64,000 nt of DNA from assembly GCA_016930415.1 (NCBI GenBank), contig JAFGGS010000016.1:149340-213339 (forward strand), read 5' to 3'. Source of the DNA: Candidatus Woesearchaeota archaeon. Its GTDB lineage: Archaea > Nanobdellota > Nanobdellia > Woesearchaeales > SM23-78. Of this stretch, positions 8,701 through 17,093 are shown piece after piece. How positions within the stretch are numbered: the stretch's first letter is position 1; each line of letters begins with the position of its first letter. The position numbers were made by a program, and so were the translations under genes. The notes beneath the pieces were generated by a model. It worked only from the letters and a program-made list of their open reading frames with translations. It ran no database searches and was not told the origin of the DNA.

Positions 8701-10700
8701 TGAGGCTGCTCGCCTGGAGGTCCGAATATCTCCATCTCAGGGGCGCCGCTCATCTTCGCAGGGTATATGCTGAAGTTGCCGTCAGGAAGGCACCTATAAC
8801 CGCGCCTTATCTCTAAGGGATCATTTGAGCCGTTGTTCTGGATCTCATACTCGAACCTGTATTCGAAGCCAGCGTAGATCGAGCCGCTTATGTTGGCATC
8901 GCATCCCGATGAGGCATTGGCGTCGGTATCGACGTAATAATAGTATCTTCCTGTTTCAGTCCCGTTGCAGAGGAGGGATATCCCTGGGTTGGGAGGCGGG
9001 ACGCTCCTGTTGACCATCCCGATAACCCCTATTCCTATACCAAGGGCGTTTCCCATGTCTTTGACCATCAGGTTCCTTATGTCTATCTGGAGCGGCAGGG
9101 AGTCAGGCCCGTCCTCGAAGAGGATTACCGGAGGGCTTGGATCCATATCTCCGAATAAGTCTTTTTTCATGGCTATGAAAGGGTCGAGCGTCCCGTAGTT
9201 GCCTGTCAGGACGTCTATGTTCCCCCCGCAGGCAGAGTCTTTTGAGCAATCTTGCTGGTCGGCGCAGTCCAGGAGACCATCCCCGTCGTTGTCTTCCCCG
9301 TCAAAGCACTGCTCCCTCGACTCGTTGTGGCACATCATGAACTGGCTGCTCCAGTTCCCCCCGACTCCCTCGCAGTCAGTCTGGTTGAAGCAGCGGTACA
9401 TGTTGTCAGCCCTGCAGGTGAACATCGAGTTAGGGCCTGTCGTGGGGGCGGTTGACAAGTCGCACCATGATCCTCCGAAGAACGGATCGACGACCCACTT
9501 GCATCCTGATCCTGTCCCCAAGGGGTTGGGATAGGCTGAGTTCGAGCAGGTCTCGTTCGTGAAGCAGAACTTGCAGTTCTCATCGCAATTTCCCTGTCCG
9601 CCCATCATGAACTTACCCATGTCCTCGACGCACATCTTGTTCCCGCCATCATCCCAGGTCACTGCTTCAGGGGGCGGCATCGGCGGGGCCGGCACGACCA
9701 TGCATTTCCCTTTGGCGCCTGACTGGCAAGCAGGAGTGGAGTTGCAGGCTCCGCAGAACTGGTCGCAGGTCATCATGCTGAAGTCAGGGTCGCATAGGTT
9801 TTCGAACGCGCGCCAGATGCAGCTGTCAGCTCCGCTCACGTTGCTTGGGTTGCTGAGGCACTCAGATTCGCTGGTGTGGTCGTATGTGAAGCATGGGTGC
9901 TGGTTCTCGAACATGAAGTCTTTCGGGGCGTCGTATATGATCAAGTCGCCGCCTGTGCTTCCCAGCATGTCTTTAGGGTCGCCTGTGTTAGCTGGGTTCG
10001 AGAAGGTGTTCACTTCAAAGCTCAAGCCGTTCAAGCCTGCGATTGCGCTCTTGTTGACTGCGAATTTCATGACTGATGGATCAGTGCCTGTTCCGCAGGT
10101 CCAGTTGAAGAAGACTTCCACGCTATCGTTCGCAGGGAACTTGCTGTCGCTGACGTTGCAGTCGGCAGATGAATTGTGGTACCTGAACCTTGTTGAGTTG
10201 TCCCCATAGACCCATATCCTGTATTCTGACCCGTCACGGCAGCAGCCCGTGCAACCGGTCGACCGGTTGTTGTCTGCGTCGAACTCCACGACTACGCCCC
10301 AGTTCGAGGCGTTTTTCGTGCCTCCACAGAACTCTGTGTCTGAGAGGTTGGGCGCGATGACCATCCATGCCAGGTAATCATCGTCCATGTCTACCCACGA
10401 CGCTCCCAAGTCGTAGACTGAGTTGTTGTTGTCAGGGCAGCCTGCCCCTGGGAAGCTGTTGCCTGCTCCGAAGTCGAATTCGCTCACTCCTAGCTGCCTG
10501 CATCCAGGGCCGTTCGCAGCGTAGGGCGGGATCGTGCCGTCGAAGACCTTGAACTGGTTCCAGTCGATTGCGAGCGCAGAGCTAGCGCTAAGAAGCAGGA
10601 ACAAGAGCATGATAGTGCTTGTCTGAAGAATCGTTGATGATCGGTTTCTTTGCCTGTCGTTGGAACATAGTTTACCCTCAGAGTCATGTTCATACTTCAT
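5736..10700 (-). CDS. Giant (1654 aa) secreted Cys-rich surface glycoprotein with C-terminal TM anchor and His-rich cytoplasmic tail
   Basis: Signal peptide (LLFLLLSASSALA). Very many NxS/T sequons. MopE-like CxDxDNDGDGxxDC motifs and a G9 tract. C-terminal TM (IWGGIVAVVLLVGVLFWLF) followed by ...HHADHRHHEHHSHHESHGHEHHEKKD. Confidence 0.85.
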   Translation of the reverse strand: MKYEHDSEGKLCSNDRQRNRSSTILQTSTIMLLFLLLSASSALAIDWNQFKVFDGTIPPYAANGPGCRQLGVSEFDFGAGNSFPGAGCPDNNNSVYDLGASWVDMDDDYLAWMVIAPNLSDTEFCGGTKNASNWGVVVEFDADNNRSTGCTGCCRDGSEYRIWVYGDNSTRFRYHNSSADCNVSDSKFPANDSVEVFFNWTCGTGTDPSVMKFAVNKSAIAGLNGLSFEVNTFSNPANTGDPKDMLGSTGGDLIIYDAPKDFMFENQHPCFTYDHTSESECLSNPSNVSGADSCIWRAFENLCDPDFSMMTCDQFCGACNSTPACQSGAKGKCMVVPAPPMPPPEAVTWDDGGNKMCVEDMGKFMMGGQGNCDENCKFCFTNETCSNSAYPNPLGTGSGCKWVVDPFFGGSWCDLSTAPTTGPNSMFTCRADNMYRCFNQTDCEGVGGNWSSQFMMCHNESREQCFDGEDNDGDGLLDCADQQDCSKDSACGGNIDVLTGNYGTLDPFIAMKKDLFGDMDPSPPVILFEDGPDSLPLQIDIRNLMVKDMGNALGIGIGVIGMVNRSVPPPNPGISLLCNGTETGRYYYYVDTDANASSGCDANISGSIYAGFEYRFEYEIQNNGSNDPLEIRRGYRCLPDGNFSIYPAKMSGAPEMEIFGPPGEQPQKVSCMEDVAIVAIDKTDIGNPKGNIRLMVASADNNTAGNRANDTLLGPGNGGVYYTPGAVDFKPKDCFENPMACGTAFGIIGGGKFMPFEDCFIGSGDEDLDGLTDCQDPDCLMAPWCTGQAGAFNISQDKTAPTVFSVKAEAFHDFAFIHMTANEPTNLTITLHSSCSNNSARHTFIDVGMPSNPFDDYRPWHDFGIRNGDNDANSSQVSLSLSTTYFYKLKLCDQAGNCGTSACLNFTTQATPQQFNFKFDFVPPPNPMVNTTMIKIFNGSEYLNISSGFTQNTAYLKDAKLKFDNPEADWEIEFEGIDLAKAVTFNISTALNVTNSSGKTYVGIQNQKWLDMAQNLGVESVTIKIPGMVPGAKLEKCEESNLSNCIDVSAQADYNASTDKWTIPTSLGFSTYTIASTTYNLSFANLSIVNQTASPGVSMNVTLNLTNRENETRVFNLSVNYGSLNESQVNLSENESQIVKLTFINTTEGAYLAVVTATLYNDSSVQLTSYDDLGYIAFTVLNSALSVNFTLPESIVYLNRTLNVSINATGNNTVWFMNASGQNETYAGATTTTFTSDGSKTLIAYANDSYNNVRSSTVYPVIDTSAPNVTATSPSGSQSSSTTSVTLSATTDENATCKYDTADIAYENMTYSFTGNATSHTASKSVSSGSSYTYYVRCTDEYNHSMNSSSTISFSVATATVGGGGGGGGGAPSSQTTSAAQVMRMWTSIPPGTDQQFPISNQNIALTRIEFKLSSSAFSASMSVQAYDEKPEGLEEAGGSVYQYLQITKTNFDDSIISDDVKMRFKVLKSWISTLKLDRESVVLKRLVGGSWKALSTDEFSEDSESVTFEASSPGFSYFAISAKPLPEPVAEPIQENRSMSVETVDLTADEGAAEAQASPEGAPEEAAWENGSGLDLKLIWGGIVAVVLLVGVLFWLFMRKGREERQESSLPGHEEQPARGEDAVREVHHADHRHHEHHSHHESHGHEHHEKKD

Positions 10701-10894
10701 CTATTCACCCTCTAAAACCCTTTTTTTAAGATGTCTTGAGAATAAGGCTATATAAACATTCGTAACTATTCAGAAATGAAAATGCCGCGTCGAGGAGGTT
10801 TCGTTCGAAAAGACGAAAACACAGCCGCAGGAGTCATCTGATGAACAAGCTGCCCGGCAAAAGATTTATATATTACTTGGTCTTACTTGGTCTT

Positions 10895-11170
10895 ATGGAG
10901 TCTGTGACGATAAAGATGGACGAACTGTTTGCGCGCGAGATGGAAGCAGCCATGAAGCCCAACTACTCGACCAAGACAGAGTTCATAAGAGAAGCCATAC
11001 GGGATAAGATAAAGAAAATAAACCTTGAGAAGATAAGGCCCGAATTGCTGAAGAATCTCGGAGCCGCCAGGAAGAAAGGACAACCCCAGACCACGCCTGA
11101 AGATGAGAGAAGGATAAGGGAAGAAGTAGGAAGGGAGTATGCAAAGAGATTCGGGATAGAGCTAGATTAG
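10895..11170 (+). CDS. Ribbon-helix-helix (CopG/antitoxin-like) DNA-binding protein
   Basis: MESVTIKMDELFAREMEAAMKPNYSTKTEFIREAIRDKI matches the RHH beta-strand plus two helices. It has a charged C-terminal extension. The start is chosen at the internal ATG (10895). Confidence 0.55.
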   Translation: MESVTIKMDELFAREMEAAMKPNYSTKTEFIREAIRDKIKKINLEKIRPELLKNLGAARKKGQPQTTPEDERRIREEVGREYAKRFGIELD

Positions 11171-11575
11171 ATCCTCAGGCTTCATTATAGGCACAGCATC
11201 GCATAGCCCCATGAAATGCTGGTCCCTGGAAACAAGGATAGCGCCCTCTGCTCTCGCGATGACCGCGTGGAGGGCGTCAGCGAAATGGACGCGCCTCTGA
11301 CGGGAGAGGACGAGCGCTTCAGAGACTTGGGATTTTGCAGATTTCACGAAAATAATTGATTCCATGAAAGGCTCCAGCAATTCTTTTATCGATCTTGGAC
11401 TCAGATGTCTTTCAAGCTCTTTTATGACGAGGTCAGATAGCAGGATATTTCCACCAGTCTCAGAGACCATGTTCAGAAAGGCCAAGGCCCAATCCCCAAG
11501 AGGCCTGAACCTATCGCTCCTGTTCTCAAGATAATCCAGCCAGATGTTAGTATCGACATAGTAACGTTCGCCCAT
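11162..11575 (-). CDS. PIN-domain nuclease (VapC-like)
   Basis: From MGERYYVDTNIWLDYLENRSD (PIN N-terminal acidic motif) to ...ILVSRDQHFMGLCD. Its 3' end overlaps the RHH gene 3' end by 9 nt on the opposite strand. Confidence 0.6.
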   Translation of the reverse strand: MGERYYVDTNIWLDYLENRSDRFRPLGDWALAFLNMVSETGGNILLSDLVIKELERHLSPRSIKELLEPFMESIIFVKSAKSQVSEALVLSRQRRVHFADALHAVIARAEGAILVSRDQHFMGLCDAVPIMKPEDLI

Positions 11576-11651
11576 GATAAGGAGGGCGTGACAGTCCTTA
11601 AAATACGCGAACATGCGATAACTGTGAGAAAACCCGAGGAATACGGAGAAT

Positions 11652-12428
11652 CTACAGGTAAACGACAATCAACGTGATAATCCCTAAGAGCGCGCAGTAG
11701 ATCCCGAAATAGCTGAACAAGTCCTTCTTTATTATCTGCATCAATAGCTTGAGCGAGAAGAAGCCAGCGATGATTGCGACTAGGGCTGAGAGCGCTACCA
11801 TCCAAGGATCTGCTATCTGGGACAAGGCGCCCTTGTAGATCTCAAGAGACGCGGCGCCTATCATGGCCGGGATGAACATGAGGAAAGAGAACCTGGCGAC
11901 GTCTTCTCTCTTATAGCCGAGCATCATGCCGACAGAGATGGTGGATCCAGACCTCGAGACGCCTGGGAGGATGGCGAGCGCCTGGGCGAGGCCTATGCCG
12001 ATAGAGGATTTCAGGTCCAGAGGCTTTGTCTTCTTCTCAGGATACCTTGATAGGAACAAGAGAAAGCTTGTTATCAGAAGCGAAATCCCCACAGTCACGA
12101 GGCTCTTGAAGATCGAGGCGATGAAGTCATGGAGGAGGAGTCCTATCGCTGCGATGGGGACAGAAGCCAAGGCTAAGAAGCCTATAGTCTTCCAAGAGGC
12201 AGGGTCGTTCTTCAATACGCCTGCGATGAGTTTCAATATGTCCTTCCAGAAGACAGCCAGGACCACCAATACGCTCGCCAGCTGGATGACGACGTCGAAG
12301 ACGAGCGGCTGACTGATGCCCAAGAAGTGCTCAGCTATCACGAGGTGACCGCTGGAACTGATAGGAAGCCACTCAGTCACCCCCTGGATGACGCCTAAGA
12401 CGACTGCTCCGAAGATGTCCATTAGCAC
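11652..12428 (-). CDS. uppP: Undecaprenyl-diphosphatase (UppP/BacA family)
   Basis: GVTEWLPISSSGHLVIAEHFLG is the classic BacA signature. Multi-TM, 258 aa. Confidence 0.85.
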   Translation of the reverse strand: MLMDIFGAVVLGVIQGVTEWLPISSSGHLVIAEHFLGISQPLVFDVVIQLASVLVVLAVFWKDILKLIAGVLKNDPASWKTIGFLALASVPIAAIGLLLHDFIASIFKSLVTVGISLLITSFLLFLSRYPEKKTKPLDLKSSIGIGLAQALAILPGVSRSGSTISVGMMLGYKREDVARFSFLMFIPAMIGAASLEIYKGALSQIADPWMVALSALVAIIAGFFSLKLLMQIIKKDLFSYFGIYCALLGIITLIVVYL

Positions 12429-12444
12429 AAGATTCCCTGGAAGG

Positions 12445-12452
12445 TATATAAA
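12445..12452 (-). promoter_or_regulatory. TATA box (TATATAAA) upstream of uppP
   Basis: Located 17-24 nt upstream of the uppP ATG at 12428. The spacing is somewhat short. Confidence 0.3.
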
Positions 12453-12504
12453 GATTGTGAAGAAAGACCTGCGAACGGAATGCGGGCCAAGATACCGCCG
12501 AAAC

Positions 12505-12972
12505 CTAATCCTTCCTGAAAAGCTCGAACAAGACGAGGACGAGAAGAGCAGCGACTATGCCTACAGCGTCAGCAAGGAAGTCAAACCACGAGAAAGACCT
12601 GGCGCCAGACGAGAGCTGCAAGTACTCCGAAGCGACTCCTATGGCCGAGGAGAGGATGAGGACGAAGAAGAGCAAGAAGAACTTGTGAATGCCAAAAAAC
12701 GCCTGGAGAGTCCAGAAAATCAGGATCGCGAGGAAGAAGAACTCCAAACCATGAAAGAACTTATCAGAACCAGGCGGGATGAGCGAACCCACATCAGACG
12801 AGAGCGCACCATAGACTAAGAGAGATAAGTATAGCAAGAGGAGCAATGGGAATATGCGCCTCCTATGATGATGGACGTGGGCATGGAACCTCTTAGCATG
12901 ATGCGAGACGTGAGCGTGAAGACGCCTAGCATGATGATGAAGCCTGTCGATCATGAAAACCACAAGGTTCAA
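12505..12972 (-). CDS. VanZ-like membrane protein with His-rich N-terminal extension
   Basis: TM segments with the VanZ-like motifs SDKFFHGLEFFFLAIL and SWFDFLADAVGIVAALLV. N-terminus LHHHARRLHAHVSHHAKRFHAHVHHHRRR. The opposite-strand ORF 12388-12819 is low-complexity. Confidence 0.5.
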   Translation of the reverse strand: MNLVVFMIDRLHHHARRLHAHVSHHAKRFHAHVHHHRRRIFPLLLLLYLSLLVYGALSSDVGSLIPPGSDKFFHGLEFFFLAILIFWTLQAFFGIHKFFLLFFVLILSSAIGVASEYLQLSSGARSFSWFDFLADAVGIVAALLVLVLFELFRKD

Positions 12973-13088
12973 AGACGGTTTATAAAAGTTGCGAAGAAAA
13001 CGAGAAGGACAGAGAAAAACAGAAAGATTTTAAAAGAGAAAAGAGGAAAAAAAGAAGAAGAAAGCGAAATAAAGGTAGATTGTGAGTT

Positions 13089-15050
13089 ATGAGAAAAAGA
13101 GATAAAGAGATAATTCTAGGAGTAATAATGCTAGTAGTCATGCTGCTGCCAAGCATGGCAACAGGAGCGACCTGCGGAGACGGAATATGCGAAGGAATAA
13201 GCAGCTTCGACAAGACAGGACTAATATCAGACTGGAAAGAAAACTGGGACAACTGCCCAAAAGACTGCCAGTTTACATATGATGCAAGAACAGGCACAAC
13301 ATATCGTACGAAAGAAGAGATTGAGACAAAACTTATTGAACTTGTGAATAGGCACCCAGACATAGCAAGATATGAGATTATTGGAAAGAGCCTAGAAGGA
13401 AAAGATATCTTGCTGTTCAAGATGGGAAATCCAGAAGGCGGAAAGTTCATGTTTGACGGTGAAGTACATGGATCTGAAGATTGCGGAACAGAAACAGGCC
13501 TGAAGTTCTTCCAATGGGCTTTAGAAAGCAATGATGATGAAGCAAGAGCCATAAGAGAAGGGAACCAGTTGATTTTCATACCCATCATAAATAGAGATCA
13601 GTACAGAAGGCAGAATTCACGAAGGAATTATACTTTAAGCGACGGGAGCAGAATACAAGTGTCTTATGGAGTTGACTTGAATAGAAATTTTCCAAGCGGC
13701 TGGGGTGGAAGCGGAAGTTCAGATCCCACAAATAACTATGATTATAGAGGAATTAGTTCCGGGAGCGAGCCAGAAACAGAAGCAGTTTCAGCAGCCATGA
13801 AGAAATACAAGCCAAACACTTATTTTAACGTGCATTGCGGGATGAGACTCCTTTACGGGGATGGGAATGCCACATTAATAGCCAACATGATAACTGAGAT
13901 TTCAAACATTCAAAATAAGATTGGAAGCAAAACCAATGAGGTATACGGAACTCACAAAGGAGGAATGGGAGGGGGATTTGTTGCTACAACAGCATGCTCT
14001 TTAGGAGCAACTTGCTGGCTACTTGAGATAGCTAAATGGGAAGAAATGCCAAAAACACTAGAAGAATACCACTCAAGATGGTATCACGAAGCATTCCCAG
14101 CATATCTAGCCGCTGCAAAAACAATCCAGAAAAGTTTGAACAAGACAACAGTTAACAACACAACACCACAAAATAACATAACCACAAATATCACTGCGCA
14201 AACCAACACAACCACGTCCACAAACTCAACAAAAACTAACGTAACAACCCCAACTAACACAACAAAAACCAATACTACAAGCACGAATGTGACTATTCCC
14301 ACAAACTCAACAAAGACCAACACAACAACAGTAAACCAAACACAAGCAAACACAACAACCACTCAAAACAATAACTCAGTTCAGAACGTGACAGTGACAG
14401 CTCCGGTTGTTCAACAAGCACCGCCAGCCCCAGTAATTAGCCGTGGAAGAGGCGGTGGCGGAGGAGGAAGCCTCAAGAGTTACCCTTACTGCGGAGATAA
14501 GAACTGCACTGGAAGCGAGGACTGCACCAACTGCGAGAAAGACTGCGGAAAATGCCAAGAACCAGAACCAATAAGCGTAAAGGAAGTCACCACTCAAGAA
14601 AAAAAGACCTATAAACAGGAAGAAAGCAAAGTTGTAGTGGAAGAACAACCTCAACAAGAGCGAGAAAATGCGATAGTAATACCACTTGGACGCACAGTCA
14701 CGAACCTAATTACAGGCAGGATAATCGACTCAAGCCCCTCACCAGACCACAACAAGCCGTTCATCCCAGCGATAGTGCTTGTAATAGGCGCATTGATAGC
14801 GTCAGTGATCATGATAAAGACCAAGGTGAACGAGAACCCCGTGAACGCGATCACGACACTGGCTGAGCTTGAGATGCACTTCCCAAGGCACGCAGAAGCC
14901 CTGGAAAGATATGTCAGGGAGACTAGGGGCTCAGGGCATGGGGATGAAGTCATAAAGGACATGCTCACAAAGGCAGGCTGGCCAGAGCACCTCATAATAC
15001 ACGCGCTAAACCGGCCAGAAGACCAGACGATAATCGGGCAGTACACCTAG
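13089..15050 (+). CDS. Membrane-anchored M14-family zinc carboxypeptidase-domain surface protein with hyper-glycosylated Asn/Thr linker
   Basis: Signal peptide. M14-like blocks (RYEIIGKSLEGKDILLFKMGNPEGG, FDGEVHGSEDCGTE, VDLNRNFPSGW, GSEPETEAVSA). About 85-aa N-T-T repeat linker with roughly 17 sequons. A G6 tract precedes a 6-Cys module CGDKNCTGSEDCTNCEKDCGKC. One TM helix and a cytoplasmic C-terminal domain. Confidence 0.8.
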   Translation: MRKRDKEIILGVIMLVVMLLPSMATGATCGDGICEGISSFDKTGLISDWKENWDNCPKDCQFTYDARTGTTYRTKEEIETKLIELVNRHPDIARYEIIGKSLEGKDILLFKMGNPEGGKFMFDGEVHGSEDCGTETGLKFFQWALESNDDEARAIREGNQLIFIPIINRDQYRRQNSRRNYTLSDGSRIQVSYGVDLNRNFPSGWGGSGSSDPTNNYDYRGISSGSEPETEAVSAAMKKYKPNTYFNVHCGMRLLYGDGNATLIANMITEISNIQNKIGSKTNEVYGTHKGGMGGGFVATTACSLGATCWLLEIAKWEEMPKTLEEYHSRWYHEAFPAYLAAAKTIQKSLNKTTVNNTTPQNNITTNITAQTNTTTSTNSTKTNVTTPTNTTKTNTTSTNVTIPTNSTKTNTTTVNQTQANTTTTQNNNSVQNVTVTAPVVQQAPPAPVISRGRGGGGGGSLKSYPYCGDKNCTGSEDCTNCEKDCGKCQEPEPISVKEVTTQEKKTYKQEESKVVVEEQPQQERENAIVIPLGRTVTNLITGRIIDSSPSPDHNKPFIPAIVLVIGALIASVIMIKTKVNENPVNAITTLAELEMHFPRHAEALERYVRETRGSGHGDEVIKDMLTKAGWPEHLIIHALNRPEDQTIIGQYT

Positions 15051-15066
15051 AAAACCAAGTTGGAGT

Positions 15067-16347
15067 TCAGATTAAACATTTAAACGCAATTCTCTTACCA
15101 TTGGATTCTGTTGGAAACTTATCAAGATAATGGACATTGACTTTATCACAATCCAAGAAAAATTTTAATATCTCTACAAGTCGCTTCACTGAATCCTCTT
15201 TTGTAAACTCATCTTTAACAATATTCAAGTCAACCTCATCCAGAGATTTTTGCACAACCTGGAATTCATTGATGTCAAGATCCTCATCTTCAACTTGAGT
15301 TTTTATAAGACCTCCACTGATGTGCTCTCCTTTCCTGTTCTTCATAACCTCATAAGTCCTTCCAATTGTTATATTAAACTGTTTGAATGGATATGTATCA
15401 GTTAGTGATTTCTTCTCAATCAGTCCTATGTCACCAAGCTTATATCTTATCAGAGGCATAGCATAGCTTTCCAGAGCAGTTATGAGAACTTCTCCATTAA
15501 AGACCTCCACAATCACGAAATCATCTGAAGAGTGCATCACGTAGTTCTTGTCCTCTATGGCTATCGCAGGAATCTCGGTCGCACCATACTGGTCTATAAC
15601 TTGACAGCCGAACACACCCTCAATATATTTTCTCTTTTCCAGACGTTCTGATGAGGATATAATCAGCTTTGGCTTATGGATAGGAATCTTCTTCTCTTTT
15701 ATCAGCTTTGCGATATCATATAATGTTCCGCCAAAACCAAAAAGATAATCTGGCTTGAATTTGTTGTACTTGTTCTGGAACCAATCTATAATGTCAGCTT
15801 CTTTATACTGAAATGTGTCCAGAACTATCTTCCGGTTTATCCTATCAAGCAAGGCATAAAACATCCTGAAGATCACTGGCTTGTTCTTATAGATATCTCC
15901 TGAAAACCAAGCGGATTTTGCACCAATCTCAACTCCAGCGGACTGCCAATCTCGCATCAAGACTGCCTTTGAAATCGCATGATATCTCAAGTCCTTATAC
16001 ACCGTAACTTTATTCCCGGTCGAACCTCCCGACTTGTCTTTTATCGTCCTATAATTTTTAGTGCTTCGCAGCCGGTTAATGTCAGAAAGAATTGTTTTCT
16101 TATCAAGAACAGGAATCTTTTTTAGGTCCTCCAATGAAGCAACGATATTAATATCTTTATAGTGAGGAACAGTATTTTTGGCATGAATAAGCAAGTGGTT
16201 AAGTCTTGCAAGCTGATACTCTCTAACTTGACTTCGGGTCATATTTAGGTTATTGATATACCTGTTAAGATAAAAGAATCTCAGGTCGCCTCTGAGCAAG
16301 TAGACAGCCGGAAGGATAATTCTCCCAAATAAGCGATTCATAATCAT
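15067..16347 (-). CDS. CapK-like adenylate-forming enzyme (phenylacetate-CoA ligase family)
   Basis: DKSGGSTGNKVTVYKDLRYHA (adenylation Ser/Thr-Gly-rich motif) and VFGCQVIDQYGATEIPAIAIEDKN. Paralog of the 39369-40700 gene. Confidence 0.7.
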   Translation of the reverse strand: MIMNRLFGRIILPAVYLLRGDLRFFYLNRYINNLNMTRSQVREYQLARLNHLLIHAKNTVPHYKDINIVASLEDLKKIPVLDKKTILSDINRLRSTKNYRTIKDKSGGSTGNKVTVYKDLRYHAISKAVLMRDWQSAGVEIGAKSAWFSGDIYKNKPVIFRMFYALLDRINRKIVLDTFQYKEADIIDWFQNKYNKFKPDYLFGFGGTLYDIAKLIKEKKIPIHKPKLIISSSERLEKRKYIEGVFGCQVIDQYGATEIPAIAIEDKNYVMHSSDDFVIVEVFNGEVLITALESYAMPLIRYKLGDIGLIEKKSLTDTYPFKQFNITIGRTYEVMKNRKGEHISGGLIKTQVEDEDLDINEFQVVQKSLDEVDLNIVKDEFTKEDSVKRLVEILKFFLDCDKVNVHYLDKFPTESNGKRIAFKCLI

Positions 16348-17093
16348 CGCCTCACCTTTCTTAATACCATATAAAATGCAAACAAGACATTACTGTTGAT
16401 ATAACGCTTCCACATTCTTCTAGGTTCAAGAATGAATCTGTATAACCATTCCAGATTGAGACGCTGAAACAGTAAGGGAGCCCTTTTTCTAGTGCCCGCG
16501 TAGAAATCAAACGCGGCCCCGATAGAAGCAACCAAGGGCACTTTGAGCTTTAACCTGTTTTCATAAGTCCACTTCTCCTGTTTTGGAGCAGTCATTCCCA
16601 CCCAAAGGACATCTGGCTTTGCCTTATTGATTTTCTTGATTATATCACAGTTAACTTTCTTCTCAAAGGGGTATATGGGCGGCGATAAAGTATGGACTTT
16701 GATATTCGGATACTCGCGTTTCATGCGATTCCTGATCATACCCAAGACCTCCTCTGATGATCCCATGAAAAAGTAAGTGAGTCTCTCCTTATTGGCTAGT
16801 CCAGTCAGTTCCATGAAGAAATCCGGACCAGGAACCCTATGATGAAGCCTTGGTTTTATATTGAAAAGGCAAGTGGCAATTGAGATTGAAGCGCCATCAG
16901 GCAACAGAATGTCCGCGTTCTCCAAAGCCTCCCTAAAAAACAAGTCCTCCTGGGCGGCAACAAAGCTGTGGGCGTTAATAGTCTGGACTATATTCGTCTT
17001 TTTTGAGCGTTTTATCAGGCTTAAGGCTAATTTAGCCAGCTCTTCCCTCGATTCAGTATTTATCCTGAAATTATCAATTTTTAGCATTTTCAA
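16344..17093 (-). CDS. WecB/TagA/CpsF-family glycosyltransferase (GT26)
   Basis: LLPDGASI...KPDVLWVGMTAPKQEKW...IGAAFDFYAGTRKRAP...LEWLYRFILEPRRMWKRY matches the family signature. Confidence 0.75.
   Translation of the reverse strand: MKMLKIDNFRINTESREELAKLALSLIKRSKKTNIVQTINAHSFVAAQEDLFFREALENADILLPDGASISIATCLFNIKPRLHHRVPGPDFFMELTGLANKERLTYFFMGSSEEVLGMIRNRMKREYPNIKVHTLSPPIYPFEKKVNCDIIKKINKAKPDVLWVGMTAPKQEKWTYENRLKLKVPLVASIGAAFDFYAGTRKRAPLLFQRLNLEWLYRFILEPRRMWKRYINSNVLFAFYMVLRKVRR

Noticed and set aside
5905-10209. Numerous 60-230-aa plus-strand ORFs (e.g. 8337-8816, 9559-10209) inside the giant minus-strand gene
   Set aside because: Antisense to a long, clearly protein-like Cys/sequon-rich ORF. 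They are Ser/Pro/Arg-rich low-complexity translations with no family resemblance.
12388-13588. ORFs 12388-12819 (+) and 12980-13588 (-)
   Set aside because: Highly charged or low-complexity translations lying opposite the VanZ-like gene and opposite the start of the M14 peptidase gene. The 12980-13588 region is a purine-rich leader of the plus-strand gene.
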